The notes below the pieces were generated by a model. That model ran no database searches and was not told where the DNA came from. It was given only the letters and a program-made list of their open reading frames with translations. Shown here piece by piece: positions 1-8,621 of a stretch of 25,490 bases of DNA (the stretch's first letter is position 1; every line of letters begins with the position of its first letter). Position numbers and translations under genes: made by a program. This DNA comes from a virus (taxonomy: Duplodnaviria; Caudoviricetes), in IMG/VR virus record IMGVR_UViG_3300048576_000473, positions 1-25,490 of that record. One strand, written 5' to 3'.

Positions 1-306
1 TCAGTACCCATACGGCATCAGGAAGACCTTGGGCAAGATGTCGGGGAACATCTCATGCCATTTCATGCGAGCTTTGGAGACCGCGGCGTCGATCTCGGGC
101 ACAGTGACTTCCTCGTAGCTGTAGTCATCAGTGCGCATGGCGCGAATGCCAAAAATGCAGTCGTCGAGGTCGGAGTCGTAGTACGGCGACCAGCGCCGCG
201 GATCATCGTTCTCGAGAATCTCGTTGAAGCGCTCGCCGCCGACAGCGTTATCAAGTTCTTCGTACGGAAGACCGACGACGATGGCGGCTTGATAATAGAT
301 ACCCAT
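1..306 (-). CDS. hypothetical phage protein (acidic)
   Basis: 101-aa ORF; GAGGTG SD just upstream; co-oriented with operon. Confidence 0.75.
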   Translation of the reverse strand: MGIYYQAAIVVGLPYEELDNAVGGERFNEILENDDPRRWSPYYDSDLDDCIFGIRAMRTDDYSYEEVTVPEIDAAVSKARMKWHEMFPDILPKVFLMPYGY

Positions 307-308
307 GA

Positions 309-449
309 TTACACCTCGTTCTTGATTGCCAGAAGCACGCGCTTCCAGATGGGGAGTTGTTTGAAGGACTTCAACCGAGCGTGGAAGGCGGTGTTCTGCC
401 GAGTCAACGCGTCGATCTTGTTGCGAAGGCGAGTTTCCAAATCACTCAT
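309..449 (-). CDS. small basic coiled-coil protein (46 aa, MSDLETRLRNKIDALTRQ...), below ORF-track cutoff
   Basis: ATG at 449, TAA at 309; AAGGAG SD upstream; fills the gap between neighbours. Confidence 0.7.
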   Translation of the reverse strand: MSDLETRLRNKIDALTRQNTAFHARLKSFKQLPIWKRVLLAIKNEV

Positions 450-465
450 TGATGAAATACTCCTT

Positions 466-1077
466 TCAGTTCAATTTTCTAGTTGTCATAGCGCGTTCAA
501 GCCCCCAGCGTAGAATACGAATGCGAAGCGCACATGGGGTAATCCCGATGCCAGTCGCCCAGTCGACCAGACATTTTGTCTTTCCTTGATAGGTAATTTT
601 TACCGAGCGCCCCGTGTTTCTGGATTGCTCAGACGGTTTGGCCCATCGGCAATTCGCTTTGTCGTACCCTTTATCATTATTTAAGCGATCGAGTGACGTG
701 CCGGAGGGGCGCTCGCCCATGTCGGCGAGAAAGTTTTCGAAGCGTTTCCAACTCTCGCAAACGCTAATGCCTCGACCTCCGTAACGAGCAAACCTTGCGT
801 CGGAAGGATTTGTGCACCGACCAATCATTCCGCGCCAACTGTTATATGTCGGAGTATTGGTCATCCGATGCCCAGGCTGTGTTTTTCCAACAAGGCAGCC
901 GCACGACTTCGTTGTTCCGTTTCGCAAAGAGGCGCCCAGGACGATTTTTCTTGCACCACAATCACATATGCACAACCACGTAGGTTGCTTAGTGCCTTTT
1001 TGTTTGTAACCGTGCCGTTCGATAACAAGGAGTTTTCCAAAACGCTTATTTGTCAGGTCAATCAGGGTCTTCGACAT
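466..1077 (-). CDS. free-standing HNH-like (His-Me finger) homing endonuclease-type protein
   Basis: N-terminal DLTNKRFGKLLV..WLCICDCG..TKSCGC; YNSWRGMIGRC..YGGRGI; SLDRLNNDKGY..NCRWA. Confidence 0.75.
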   Translation of the reverse strand: MSKTLIDLTNKRFGKLLVIERHGYKQKGTKQPTWLCICDCGARKIVLGASLRNGTTKSCGCLVGKTQPGHRMTNTPTYNSWRGMIGRCTNPSDARFARYGGRGISVCESWKRFENFLADMGERPSGTSLDRLNNDKGYDKANCRWAKPSEQSRNTGRSVKITYQGKTKCLVDWATGIGITPCALRIRILRWGLERAMTTRKLN

Positions 1078-1504
1078 GAATTATCTCCACAGATGCTTCA
1101 CTGAATAGTATTTTACTCCATTCAGAGTCGTCAGACCATCTTGGATTTGCGCCAGGGCGAGGGGTAATGATTCGTTTTACGCCCGATTGAATAAGCGATT
1201 TAGCACAGTTTGAGCAAGGGTAAAGCCCTGATAGGACCACGGTAGCCCCTTTCAGACTGTGCCCAGCGTATGCCGCTTGCGCGACAAGATTTTGTTCAGC
1301 GTGACTTATCAGCTTGTACTTGGTGTCCCTGTCCTCATACCGTTGGGGAGAGTCGTTAACATTTCTGGGAAAACCGTTGTAGCCGACAGCCAAAACAATA
1401 CCGTCGTCGTTCAGGGCGAGACATCCAACTTTAGTGCTCGGGTCTTTGCTCAACGCTGAAATGGCACGCGCTATAGGTAAAAACTTTTCAAATCTGTGCC
1501 CCAT
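1058..1504 (-). CDS. dCMP deaminase
   Basis: SKDPSTKVG, GYNG, HAEQN and PCSNC zinc-deaminase motifs; start moved to ATG 1504, coupled to upstream stop. Confidence 0.93.
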   Translation of the reverse strand: MGHRFEKFLPIARAISALSKDPSTKVGCLALNDDGIVLAVGYNGFPRNVNDSPQRYEDRDTKYKLISHAEQNLVAQAAYAGHSLKGATVVLSGLYPCSNCAKSLIQSGVKRIITPRPGANPRWSDDSEWSKILFSEASVEIIHVEDPD

Positions 1505-1725
1505 CACAGCACCTCGCGCCAGCACATTGAGAAACACTCGTAACCGTTCATGTAGTCCCAGTAGAACTCGGCGTCGAATTCTGCAGGGCGCTCTTCGGGA
1601 TCGATACGACCCCAGTATTCACGAGCGATTTCTTCGGCCCAAGCCCAGGCCTTTTCCATGGTGGAGAAGACCGCCACATCGTTCCCGTGACGATGCTCGT
1701 AGATTGCAACGACAACGTCCATCAC
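1504..1725 (-). CDS. hypothetical protein
   Basis: 73-aa ORF overlapping both neighbours' start/stop codons. Confidence 0.75.
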   Translation of the reverse strand: MMDVVVAIYEHRHGNDVAVFSTMEKAWAWAEEIAREYWGRIDPEERPAEFDAEFYWDYMNGYECFSMCWREVL

Positions 1726-2063
1726 TCGTCCTCCCAGATCACGCCGTCAACCCACATCACCCGCGCTTCCAGTTCTTCGAGCGTGGTATCGGGCGGGATG
1801 GTGATGCCAGCGTTGTCACAGCCGACGACGAGCGCCTTGCCGGCGAGCGGCTGCGGATAGTCGAGGTGCATGAAGAACTTCTGACCAGGCTTGAGCAAAC
1901 CCTCGTCGTCGACGAACAGATCGTAGCGTCGACAACCTGCGACCGTCACGAGATCGCAGCCGAGAAGTGCGTACAGCGAGTCGAGCTGACCGTCGTAGTA
2001 CACGGGGGTGATCGTCCGCTCGAAGGGGTCGATCAGGTAGTAGCAGAGATTTTCAGTTTTCAT
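1722..2063 (-). CDS. DUF3846-like protein
   Basis: LFVDDEGLLK and PLAGKALVVG motifs. Confidence 0.65.
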   Translation of the reverse strand: MKTENLCYYLIDPFERTITPVYYDGQLDSLYALLGCDLVTVAGCRRYDLFVDDEGLLKPGQKFFMHLDYPQPLAGKALVVGCDNAGITIPPDTTLEELEARVMWVDGVIWEDE

Positions 2064-2074
2064 CAGAGTTGCCC

Positions 2075-2941
2075 TTAAAGGTCGATCGGATCACGCCAGC
2101 CGCAGAACACCGGATGACGTGGCAGCTCGTAGCCGCCGATTGGGAAATACTTGAACTTAGCCAGCTTGCCGTGGAAGCGTTCCCGGTTATCCCAGATGCG
2201 CTCGCGTTCGGCGTCGGTAAAACCAGTACCGATGTTGAACTCGAAGCCGTTCCACGCGACGATCAGAGCGCCAAGGTCGTCGCGACCAACCTTGTTGGCC
2301 TTATGGCTGCTGCGCTTGGTGCGACCGGTCTCGCTGACCGTGGCCTCGTTCATGTTCGCCATCCGTTCTTCGAAGCCAATGACCACGGCCTCGCTATCGA
2401 GGAAGGTCTTGACCTTCAGCAGATAGCCCTCGTTCACCGTACTGCGCCCTTGTTTGTAGGGCGCACCCGGAGCACGCAGAATCACACCTTCGTAGCCATC
2501 CCCAAGGCACTTGGCTTCGAAGGCGGAAAGTTCTTCGTGCGTGAAAATCAGGCGCTGTTCCAGCGGAACGAGACACTCGCGGTTGTAGCGCAAGAATCGC
2601 GCCCAACGAGCTTCGTACGGATGATCGAGGTGCTCCAAGTGATCGAAGACGAAGAAGCGAACCTCGGGTTCGCCATCGCGGGACATCACACCGCTCATGG
2701 TGTTGCGGTAGCACATCGGATCGGTCGGATCACCAACGATGAGTTCGCCGTCGAAGTGCTCGTAGGGTTTGAACAACGTCTGAACATGCTGGTTCGGAAT
2801 TGGCTTGTTCTGGCGGCTCATTACGACACCGTTGCGCACGTAGGCGCGAATGCCGTCGAGCTTGGGGCTGGCCAGGGCCGGGAAGTTGAGCTTGGCTGGA
2901 TCATAGTCCTTGGCAAGCATGACTTGGAACGGCTTGCTCAC
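2075..2941 (-). CDS. lig: ATP-dependent DNA ligase (minimal phage type)
   Basis: KLDGIR (motif I), FDGEL (III), FFVFD (IIIa), EGVILR (IV), LLKVK (V), IGTGF and RHPVF in OB domain. Confidence 0.95.
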   Translation of the reverse strand: MSKPFQVMLAKDYDPAKLNFPALASPKLDGIRAYVRNGVVMSRQNKPIPNQHVQTLFKPYEHFDGELIVGDPTDPMCYRNTMSGVMSRDGEPEVRFFVFDHLEHLDHPYEARWARFLRYNRECLVPLEQRLIFTHEELSAFEAKCLGDGYEGVILRAPGAPYKQGRSTVNEGYLLKVKTFLDSEAVVIGFEERMANMNEATVSETGRTKRSSHKANKVGRDDLGALIVAWNGFEFNIGTGFTDAERERIWDNRERFHGKLAKFKYFPIGGYELPRHPVFCGWRDPIDL

Positions 2942-3132
2942 AGTGTCATCTCCTTTGCGACTTCGACAAAATTCTGACGAATCGACATCTCGTACTCGCT
3001 CGGATTACCGTCGATGAACAACTTGAGACAGAGTTCGCCGGCTTCGTTCGGCATGCCTTCGAAGTGCCACGCCTCTTCGCAATCGTCCAGAAGCTCGACG
3101 AAGTCGGCGAAATTGATACGCACCTTAGCCAT
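2938..3132 (-). CDS. hypothetical protein
   Basis: 64-aa ORF; GGAG SD; overlaps ligase start. Confidence 0.7.
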   Translation of the reverse strand: MAKVRINFADFVELLDDCEEAWHFEGMPNEAGELCLKLFIDGNPSEYEMSIRQNFVEVAKEMTL

Positions 3133-3346
3133 TGTTCCGTTCTCCCAGGCGCTTCAGCACCTCTTCGGCGCAACCAACCCAGACCCGACGACTGACGAAG
3201 CCGTTTTCGGGAATCTGATCCTGATTCTGTACGACGCTGTCAGAGTAGAGCCGAAGTGCTTCCAGGACGTAGGCCTGCATCATCGGGCCGCTGTCGGAAA
3301 ACTCCATCAGCTCGGTGATGAACTCGACGTTAGTGGGACGTGCCAT
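3125..3346 (-). CDS. hypothetical phage protein (MARPTNVEFITELMEFS...)
   Basis: Start reassigned to ATG 3346, preceded by AAGGAG. Confidence 0.75.
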   Translation of the reverse strand: MARPTNVEFITELMEFSDSGPMMQAYVLEALRLYSDSVVQNQDQIPENGFVSRRVWVGCAEEVLKRLGERNNG

Positions 3347-3581
3347 TGAAATCTCCTTCGTTGAAAGTCTTGTCATCGATGGCATAGCCATGATGCTTGT
3401 GGATTGCCATCGCGTAGACCATGGCATCTTCGTAATGCAGGAAATCGGCTTGCCACTCGTAAACGCCAGGCTCGCCGACGTACACACCGTAGAAGTCGGC
3501 GTCTTCATTGCTGACGAACGGGACAGTGTCACCTGTCTCGTCGTCGCAGAAGCAGCCGGTGACTTGAACGAAGATTGTCAT
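3330..3581 (-). CDS. hypothetical acidic protein
   Basis: ATG 3581 with GGGGGAG SD; ATGA overlap with upstream stop. Confidence 0.7.
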   Translation of the reverse strand: MTIFVQVTGCFCDDETGDTVPFVSNEDADFYGVYVGEPGVYEWQADFLHYEDAMVYAMAIHKHHGYAIDDKTFNEGDFNGTSH

Positions 3582-3763
3582 TTCGACTCCCCCTTGCACG
3601 CTTGCTCGTAGAGCGTCAGCCAGCGGTCGACGGGCTCGGCGCAGTGGTGATCGCCTTCTAGTGCATTGGCAATGACTTGCTCGAACTCCATCAGCAGATG
3701 GTAGGCAACATCGAGCGCCGCGAGCGCGTCGGCGTGGTCAAGATTCGGGCTTATGGTTTCCAC
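3578..3763 (-). CDS. hypothetical protein
   Basis: 61-aa ORF in continuous operon. Confidence 0.6.
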   Translation of the reverse strand: METISPNLDHADALAALDVAYHLLMEFEQVIANALEGDHHCAEPVDRWLTLYEQACKGESK

Positions 3764-3906
3764 TCCCTCAAAACACGAATGGCGACATGAACAGGAACGT
3801 TGCAGTCGGCCATTCGACGAGCAGCTGCGTTCACGGACTCACCTTCGGAGGCCCAGAGACAGGCGTCGACGATGATGCGAGTATAGAGATCACGGCGTTG
3901 ATCCAT
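3751..3906 (-). CDS. small hypothetical protein (51 aa, MDQRRDLYTRIIVDACLWASEG...), not in ORF track
   Basis: ATG 3906 overlaps upstream TGA; TAA at 3751; fills gap. Confidence 0.65.
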   Translation of the reverse strand: MDQRRDLYTRIIVDACLWASEGESVNAAARRMADCNVPVHVAIRVLREWKP

Positions 3907-4274
3907 CACATCTTCTCCCAGATAAGCGGATCGGCAGTGCTGCGCCGACAGCGAGCCCCATCCATATCATTGAGGTACTTGTAGACCGTGCTGAGCGGCA
4001 GCATGGTCTGGTTGGCAATGTCGATCGCCTTGGCCGGAAGACGTTCGAACACCATCTTGCGACGAGCCACAGCGTTCTGCGGAGTGTGTTTCGGCTGCCC
4101 AGTCATCGGATCGATCGGCTTGTCGAGCTCGTCAGCAAGCGTCAAGAACGCGCTGACACTCTCAAGCGTATTGGCTGCGTGCATGGCAAGATCGATCAAC
4201 GTTTCTACGTCCTGGCCATATGAGTGCTTGCAAGCGTTGGCTGCGTCCCGGATGCGAATCGCTAGGTTGCTCAC
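3906..4274 (-). CDS. hypothetical protein with possible C-terminal HTH
   Basis: GTG start with AAGGAG SD; AIDIANQTMLPLSTVYKYLND resembles a helix-turn-helix. Confidence 0.6.
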   Translation of the reverse strand: MSNLAIRIRDAANACKHSYGQDVETLIDLAMHAANTLESVSAFLTLADELDKPIDPMTGQPKHTPQNAVARRKMVFERLPAKAIDIANQTMLPLSTVYKYLNDMDGARCRRSTADPLIWEKM

Positions 4275-4639
4275 GACCACCACTCCTTACCATCGAACTT
4301 CACCTCGCCACGTTCCCAGAGCAGCTTCATGTGCTCAACGAACTTGGCCGCTGGCTGCTTGCCCGCAGCAAGCTGCTTGAGTAGTTCATCCTTGGTAGCG
4401 CTGCCGATCTTGCCAATACCAGGGATGCCGGGATTCACGTTCTGGCGCTCGACCGGAAGAACTGGCTCCGCAACACTCGGCGCCGAGTAGTCGGTCTTGC
4501 CGATCAGAGCGCGTGCGGTAACGGCTTTTTCACGAGTACTCTGGAGCTTGAGAAACGCATCGACGAGCACATCGTCGGTGGCAGTAGCGAGTTGTTCCAG
4601 GATGTAAGCGCGGTCGTTGTCGGTGATAAGACGGTTCAT
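4271..4639 (-). CDS. hypothetical protein
   Basis: 122-aa ORF; GGAG SD; coupled overlaps. Confidence 0.75.
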   Translation of the reverse strand: MNRLITDNDRAYILEQLATATDDVLVDAFLKLQSTREKAVTARALIGKTDYSAPSVAEPVLPVERQNVNPGIPGIGKIGSATKDELLKQLAAGKQPAAKFVEHMKLLWERGEVKFDGKEWWS

Positions 4640-4767
4640 TTGTTTCTCCGGTTCGTATTGCGCAGGTATTCATAGACGCCTACGCTGATAACCACAGTGG
4701 CGGCCACTGCGGCGACAGTTTTGTGCGTGATCAAAGCCACGCGAAGGATTTTCAAGAGAACTGGCAT
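4636..4767 (-). CDS. small single-pass membrane protein (43 aa, MPVLLKILRVALITHKTVAAVAATVVISVGVYEYLRNTNRRNK), not in ORF track
   Basis: AGGAGG SD; ATGA overlap with next gene; hydrophobic helix followed by basic tail. Confidence 0.75.
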   Translation of the reverse strand: MPVLLKILRVALITHKTVAAVAATVVISVGVYEYLRNTNRRNK

Positions 4768-5036
4768 TCGACTTCCTCCTGATGACGGCGCACGCGTGCT
4801 TCTTCGCGCTCTTCTGCGACAGCGTCTTCAAAGGAGTCGTAAGCGTCTTCGTAAATCTGGTCGACGATCTTGCTATCGAGCAGGAAGCTGGCGTCTGCTC
4901 CAGTGCAGACGTGCTCCAGACTTTCGATAACAAGTTCTCCGGGTTCTGGTGGATTGAAGTAGTTTCCAGGATGCGAACCCTCGTAGCGCACCCGTGCGAG
5001 AAACTTCAACCCGATTGAATTGAACGAGATGATCAT
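4752..5036 (-). CDS. hypothetical phage protein (PGNYFNPPEPGE motif)
   Basis: Start reassigned to ATG 5036, just after upstream stop. Confidence 0.65.
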   Translation of the reverse strand: MIISFNSIGLKFLARVRYEGSHPGNYFNPPEPGELVIESLEHVCTGADASFLLDSKIVDQIYEDAYDSFEDAVAEEREEARVRRHQEEVECQFS

Positions 5037-5038
5037 GA

Positions 5039-5257
5039 TCAGTCCCAAAAATGTGGAAGAACATTCGGGCGAATCTTCGGCGCTCCTTCCAGCGACATTT
5101 CGTTTTTGGCCAAAGCCTCTTGCATCGTCGAAGCCTTGCCCAAAACCTTGCAATGGCGTTTTTCATTTTTAGTGGCCACGTTTTCGATTTCGATAACGCC
5201 GTACTCGAAACCTTTATCCTTTTGACACTTGCGAGAAAACTTGCAGAAGTTACTCAA
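5039..5257 (-). CDS. hypothetical basic protein
   Basis: 72-aa ORF filling the gap in the operon; start codon uncertain. Confidence 0.5.
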   Translation of the reverse strand: MSNFCKFSRKCQKDKGFEYGVIEIENVATKNEKRHCKVLGKASTMQEALAKNEMSLEGAPKIRPNVLPHFWD

Positions 5258-5888
5258 TTACATTCCCCAGATATTCGTTGACAGCGTCCCAGTCCACAGC
5301 CTTGTCGAATGCGCGACCGGCTTCGTCGGAATAAAATGTGCGGTAATAGACATCCATCTCCCAGTCCTTCGGAAGAAACGCCATGACCAGCGTGCAGAGC
5401 TCGTTGTGATCCCACTCCAGGACGTTTTCATTCCAGTCCGGGAGGTAGTTCGGGTAGTGGCTGATGAAGCCATCGCACGAGGTAAAGCGTTCGCGGATCA
5501 CTTCCTGCAGACGCTTGTTGTCGACGTTGATGCGCAGTTGCAGAATTGCCGACTCATCTGCCCAGGCGAAGATGCGGTCGGTCTCGAAGTTGTAATACTT
5601 CGGACTCAGCATCGTGCGATAGGTCAGATTGAGCTTGATGCCAGTCCACTCTTCGAAGAGCTCGTTGAACGCGTCGACATAGCGCATAGCGATCTCGACG
5701 TGCGCAGCCGTCCAGTTCGTATTGCAGATCAGAATGTCGCCGAGCCCTTGCGCTTCTTCGATGCTAAGTTCGAGGTCTTCACGTTGATGCTCGACGAACA
5801 TTTCCAGTTTTTGATCGAGTTCTCCGCTATACAACGAGTTGTAGAAACCAGAGAACGGCAGATTCAGTTCGATTTTGTCAGAGTTCAC
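5250..5888 (-). CDS. acidic phage protein, possible anti-restriction/DNA mimic
   Basis: D/E-rich; PFSGFY, SPKYYNFETDRIF and RFTSCDGFIS blocks look conserved; function inferred. Confidence 0.6.
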   Translation of the reverse strand: MNSDKIELNLPFSGFYNSLYSGELDQKLEMFVEHQREDLELSIEEAQGLGDILICNTNWTAAHVEIAMRYVDAFNELFEEWTGIKLNLTYRTMLSPKYYNFETDRIFAWADESAILQLRINVDNKRLQEVIRERFTSCDGFISHYPNYLPDWNENVLEWDHNELCTLVMAFLPKDWEMDVYYRTFYSDEAGRAFDKAVDWDAVNEYLGNVIE

Positions 5889-6580
5889 CGCACTTGACCC
5901 CAGATGTAGTGGTTGTCATCGAGTCCGCGAACGATGTTGCGAACAACACCATCCATCGAGATGGACTGTCCAGTTGTCGGACGCCCCCAGATGGTTAGAT
6001 CGCAGAAATCGAAGACGACATGGCCTTGCGAGCGCAGTTCGTTGGCGAAGTAGCGATCTACGATCCAGTGCTCGTAGATTTCCCAGGTATCGGGATCGAG
6101 GCAGCACTCGCTGGCGATTTCGCGGTATTCATCGTCATCCGTGATCAGATCAATGACCTTCTCACGAATTGTACTGATGACGGACATACGAGCGGCGTGT
6201 GTGGCATCGTCTTCGTCGTCGAAATGACGGCCGTCAAATTTCCACAACGTGCCATCCTCACTTTCGATCTCTGGCACACCGCTCTCTTCCAACACGTCGT
6301 CCCACCAGCCAACGATGTTGGCAATGGCCTCCAGCTCATCGAGATCGGCATTGCGGATGTGGGACACAACCGGTTCAGCCCAGTCATCGCGCTGGAACCA
6401 GCCAATGGCCTCGTCGTAGTCGTAGTCGAAGTCGAAGATGCGCGAACACGCTTCAAGATTTTGTTCGATGTCGTACATCAGCGAAGAGACGCAGTAACCA
6501 ACGTTGTCGCGCACGTAAATGCTGCATGCGTCCTGGAACTTGCATTCATCCTGGAGAATTTCAGATTTTGTCAGAGACAT
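5885..6580 (-). CDS. highly acidic phage protein
   Basis: D/E-rich; C-terminal EIYEHWIV...IWGRPTTGQSISMD block. Confidence 0.75.
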   Translation of the reverse strand: MSLTKSEILQDECKFQDACSIYVRDNVGYCVSSLMYDIEQNLEACSRIFDFDYDYDEAIGWFQRDDWAEPVVSHIRNADLDELEAIANIVGWWDDVLEESGVPEIESEDGTLWKFDGRHFDDEDDATHAARMSVISTIREKVIDLITDDDEYREIASECCLDPDTWEIYEHWIVDRYFANELRSQGHVVFDFCDLTIWGRPTTGQSISMDGVVRNIVRGLDDNHYIWGQVR

Positions 6581-6582
6581 GA

Positions 6583-6816
6583 TTAGAACTCCGTTGTCAG
6601 TATGCCGTCAACTGTGAGGCGCATCACGTCGTAGGCGGTATTATCCCCTTCGTCGCGTTGCTCGTCGATGAAGCGATACGCGTCACGAGTGGTATGGAAC
6701 TTGGCCGCTTCGAACTCGTTCTCCATACCCGTGTCGTCAACGATCTCGGGCCGAAGACTGTTCGCACTGATGATGCCGTAGGCAATACCAGTGTTCGGAT
6801 TGATGTTAGGCGCCAT
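6583..6816 (-). CDS. hypothetical protein
   Basis: 77-aa ORF; GAGG SD; bracketed by identical 16-bp repeats. Confidence 0.7.
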   Translation of the reverse strand: MAPNINPNTGIAYGIISANSLRPEIVDDTGMENEFEAAKFHTTRDAYRFIDEQRDEGDNTAYDVMRLTVDGILTTEF

Positions 6817-7720
6817 TTTCTTCCTCAGATTTTGTCAGAGTACGAACCGTGGGTTCGAAGAACTCGGTCTTGAGCGTTTCATTAGCGTATTCACTGCCCA
6901 GAAAGCTCCAGCACGAGTCGTAGTGCCCAGGCACGCTCTCCCATGAGCCATCTTCGTGCTTCGAGAACACTTCGACGACGCAGCCGTAGGCATCGCCGTT
7001 GCACCAGAGAACGTACTCGTTGAGACACCCTTGAGCGTAGAGCTCGACTTGTTTGCGATCCGCGTTGCCAAGATTTTCGTAATCGCATTGCGTTGGAATC
7101 CAAACGGCGTTGCAGATGTCGATGGAACAGACGCCGATGGAAATCTGTTGGCAATTTTGGTACTGCACCGGCACAGCGAACTTCGTACCGATCTTTCCCT
7201 GCTCGTAGAGCTCGTCCCAGGCGGCTTCTTGCGCAGTGATCCACTTCGTTTCGAGCCAATCCGGAATCACATCACCGTACTTCCCGAAATCAATTTCGTC
7301 GTAGTCATCACGAATGGCGCGATGCGGGCCGTATTCATCGTTGATGAAAGCCCAAAAGTCGGAGTCGGCACCGACATAGTTCCAGAGGATTTCTTTGGCG
7401 AGTTCATAAACGCCATCACAATCGAAATCACGTTCGAGTTCTCCGCGATAAGGGCTATCGAGTAGGCCGAGATGCGACCACGGATTGCCATCCGTGATAG
7501 CACCTTCGGACCACGTAATCAGCTCGCCCATTGCGTCGAACTCTTTCATCGGATTTATCGGATTATCGTCGTGGGCCAGATAGGCCACGACGATCAAATC
7601 TTCTGTCTGATGCACCAGCGGATCGATCCAGTCACACGCTTCGTGATCGAGTTCGAGTTCGATGTCGTCGATCTCCAGCATGTACTTCCTGGTGCTGTAG
7701 GTTCGAAACTTGGGTTTCAT
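6806..7720 (-). CDS. highly acidic phage protein (WCNGDAYG...DSCWSFLG)
   Basis: Start reassigned to ATG 7720 with GGAG SD; D/E-rich. Confidence 0.75.
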   Translation of the reverse strand: MKPKFRTYSTRKYMLEIDDIELELDHEACDWIDPLVHQTEDLIVVAYLAHDDNPINPMKEFDAMGELITWSEGAITDGNPWSHLGLLDSPYRGELERDFDCDGVYELAKEILWNYVGADSDFWAFINDEYGPHRAIRDDYDEIDFGKYGDVIPDWLETKWITAQEAAWDELYEQGKIGTKFAVPVQYQNCQQISIGVCSIDICNAVWIPTQCDYENLGNADRKQVELYAQGCLNEYVLWCNGDAYGCVVEVFSKHEDGSWESVPGHYDSCWSFLGSEYANETLKTEFFEPTVRTLTKSEEENGA

Positions 7721-7739
7721 CAGATTTTCTCCGAAATCA

Positions 7740-7774
7740 AAGCGCAAGAAGCCCTGGCCTGCGGCCATGCGCTT
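7740..7774. terminator. intergenic stem-loop, possible terminator or processing site
   Basis: AAGCGCA (7740-7746) pairs with TGCGCTT (7768-7774) and encloses the TGGCC/GGCCA hairpin (7755-7767); weak U-tail. Confidence 0.35.
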
Positions 7775-7783
7775 GAAAAATTT

Positions 7784-8182
7784 TTACCTGGGTTTGATAA
7801 CGATCGTGAACTTTTCGAAGTTCAAGACGATCTCGCCATCGCGCTCGACGATTTCCAGATCACCTTTGTTCTTGGTACGAACCTTCGGCTCATACAGAAC
7901 CGGTTCGAGGTCTTCAACGACTTTCTTCTTGGCGTAAGCGTAACGTGCTTTGTTACGAGGATTCAGCGGAGCTGCGAAACGATCGATGATGCCTCTGCGC
8001 CACATGAAGCCGAGTGTGTCGGACAACTTTTCAGTTGCTTCCTGTATGTCTTTGCCCCAGCGAGAAACTGCCGCGGCTCTGACTTCAGGATTCTCCATGA
8101 TATCGACACAAGTGAGTGGTTCAGTGGCGCTATCAAACACTTTGTCGAGACATTCGTAAATTTCATTTTGCGACCGGATCAT
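7784..8182 (-). CDS. hypothetical protein, possible winged helix
   Basis: AAGGAG SD; EPLTCVDIM...LSDTLGFMWRRGII helical pattern. Confidence 0.65.
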   Translation of the reverse strand: MIRSQNEIYECLDKVFDSATEPLTCVDIMENPEVRAAAVSRWGKDIQEATEKLSDTLGFMWRRGIIDRFAAPLNPRNKARYAYAKKKVVEDLEPVLYEPKVRTKNKGDLEIVERDGEIVLNFEKFTIVIKPR

Positions 8183-8210
8183 AATGATCTCCTTTCCTCG
8201 TGCACACGCT

Positions 8211-8621
8211 CTACATCACTTGCTCCTTGATGAATGAAACAAGCTCTGACTTCGATACTATCAGAGCGTCAAAATCTTGCGGGAATATATCGCGCTCCCA
8301 TTCGAGATTGCGCAGAATGATCCCTTCATATTCTCGTTTGCGTTTACATCCGATGACGACTGCAACATTTCGTCCTTCATTGTGACGATCTCGCAACCAT
8401 TGTGATTGCAATGGGCTCAGGAGTTCGTATGGGCGAATAGGGGCGCGAACAGGGAGTTTCTTGAGGAATTTGAACTCGATCCAGAGGTCATTCTTTTGAC
8501 CAGAGAACCAAACATCTGCAACGCCGGCTACGTACTCGTTGTTGTTCTTCATCGAGTAAATTTCTTCGGGCAGGGCCTTGCGGATGTTGTTCGAGAAAAG
8601 CGTTTCAGGTTTTGCGGACAC
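8211..8621 (-). CDS. PD-(D/E)XK nuclease, VRR-NUC/Holliday junction resolvase-like
   Basis: E...GVAD...WIEFK...LSPLQSQWL motif; GTG start with AAGGA SD. Confidence 0.8.
   Translation of the reverse strand: MSAKPETLFSNNIRKALPEEIYSMKNNNEYVAGVADVWFSGQKNDLWIEFKFLKKLPVRAPIRPYELLSPLQSQWLRDRHNEGRNVAVVIGCKRKREYEGIILRNLEWERDIFPQDFDALIVSKSELVSFIKEQVM

Noticed and set aside
3230-3245. CTCTGACAGCGTCGTA as a tenth motif copy
   Set aside because: Mid-gene location and weaker match; could be chance, so not counted
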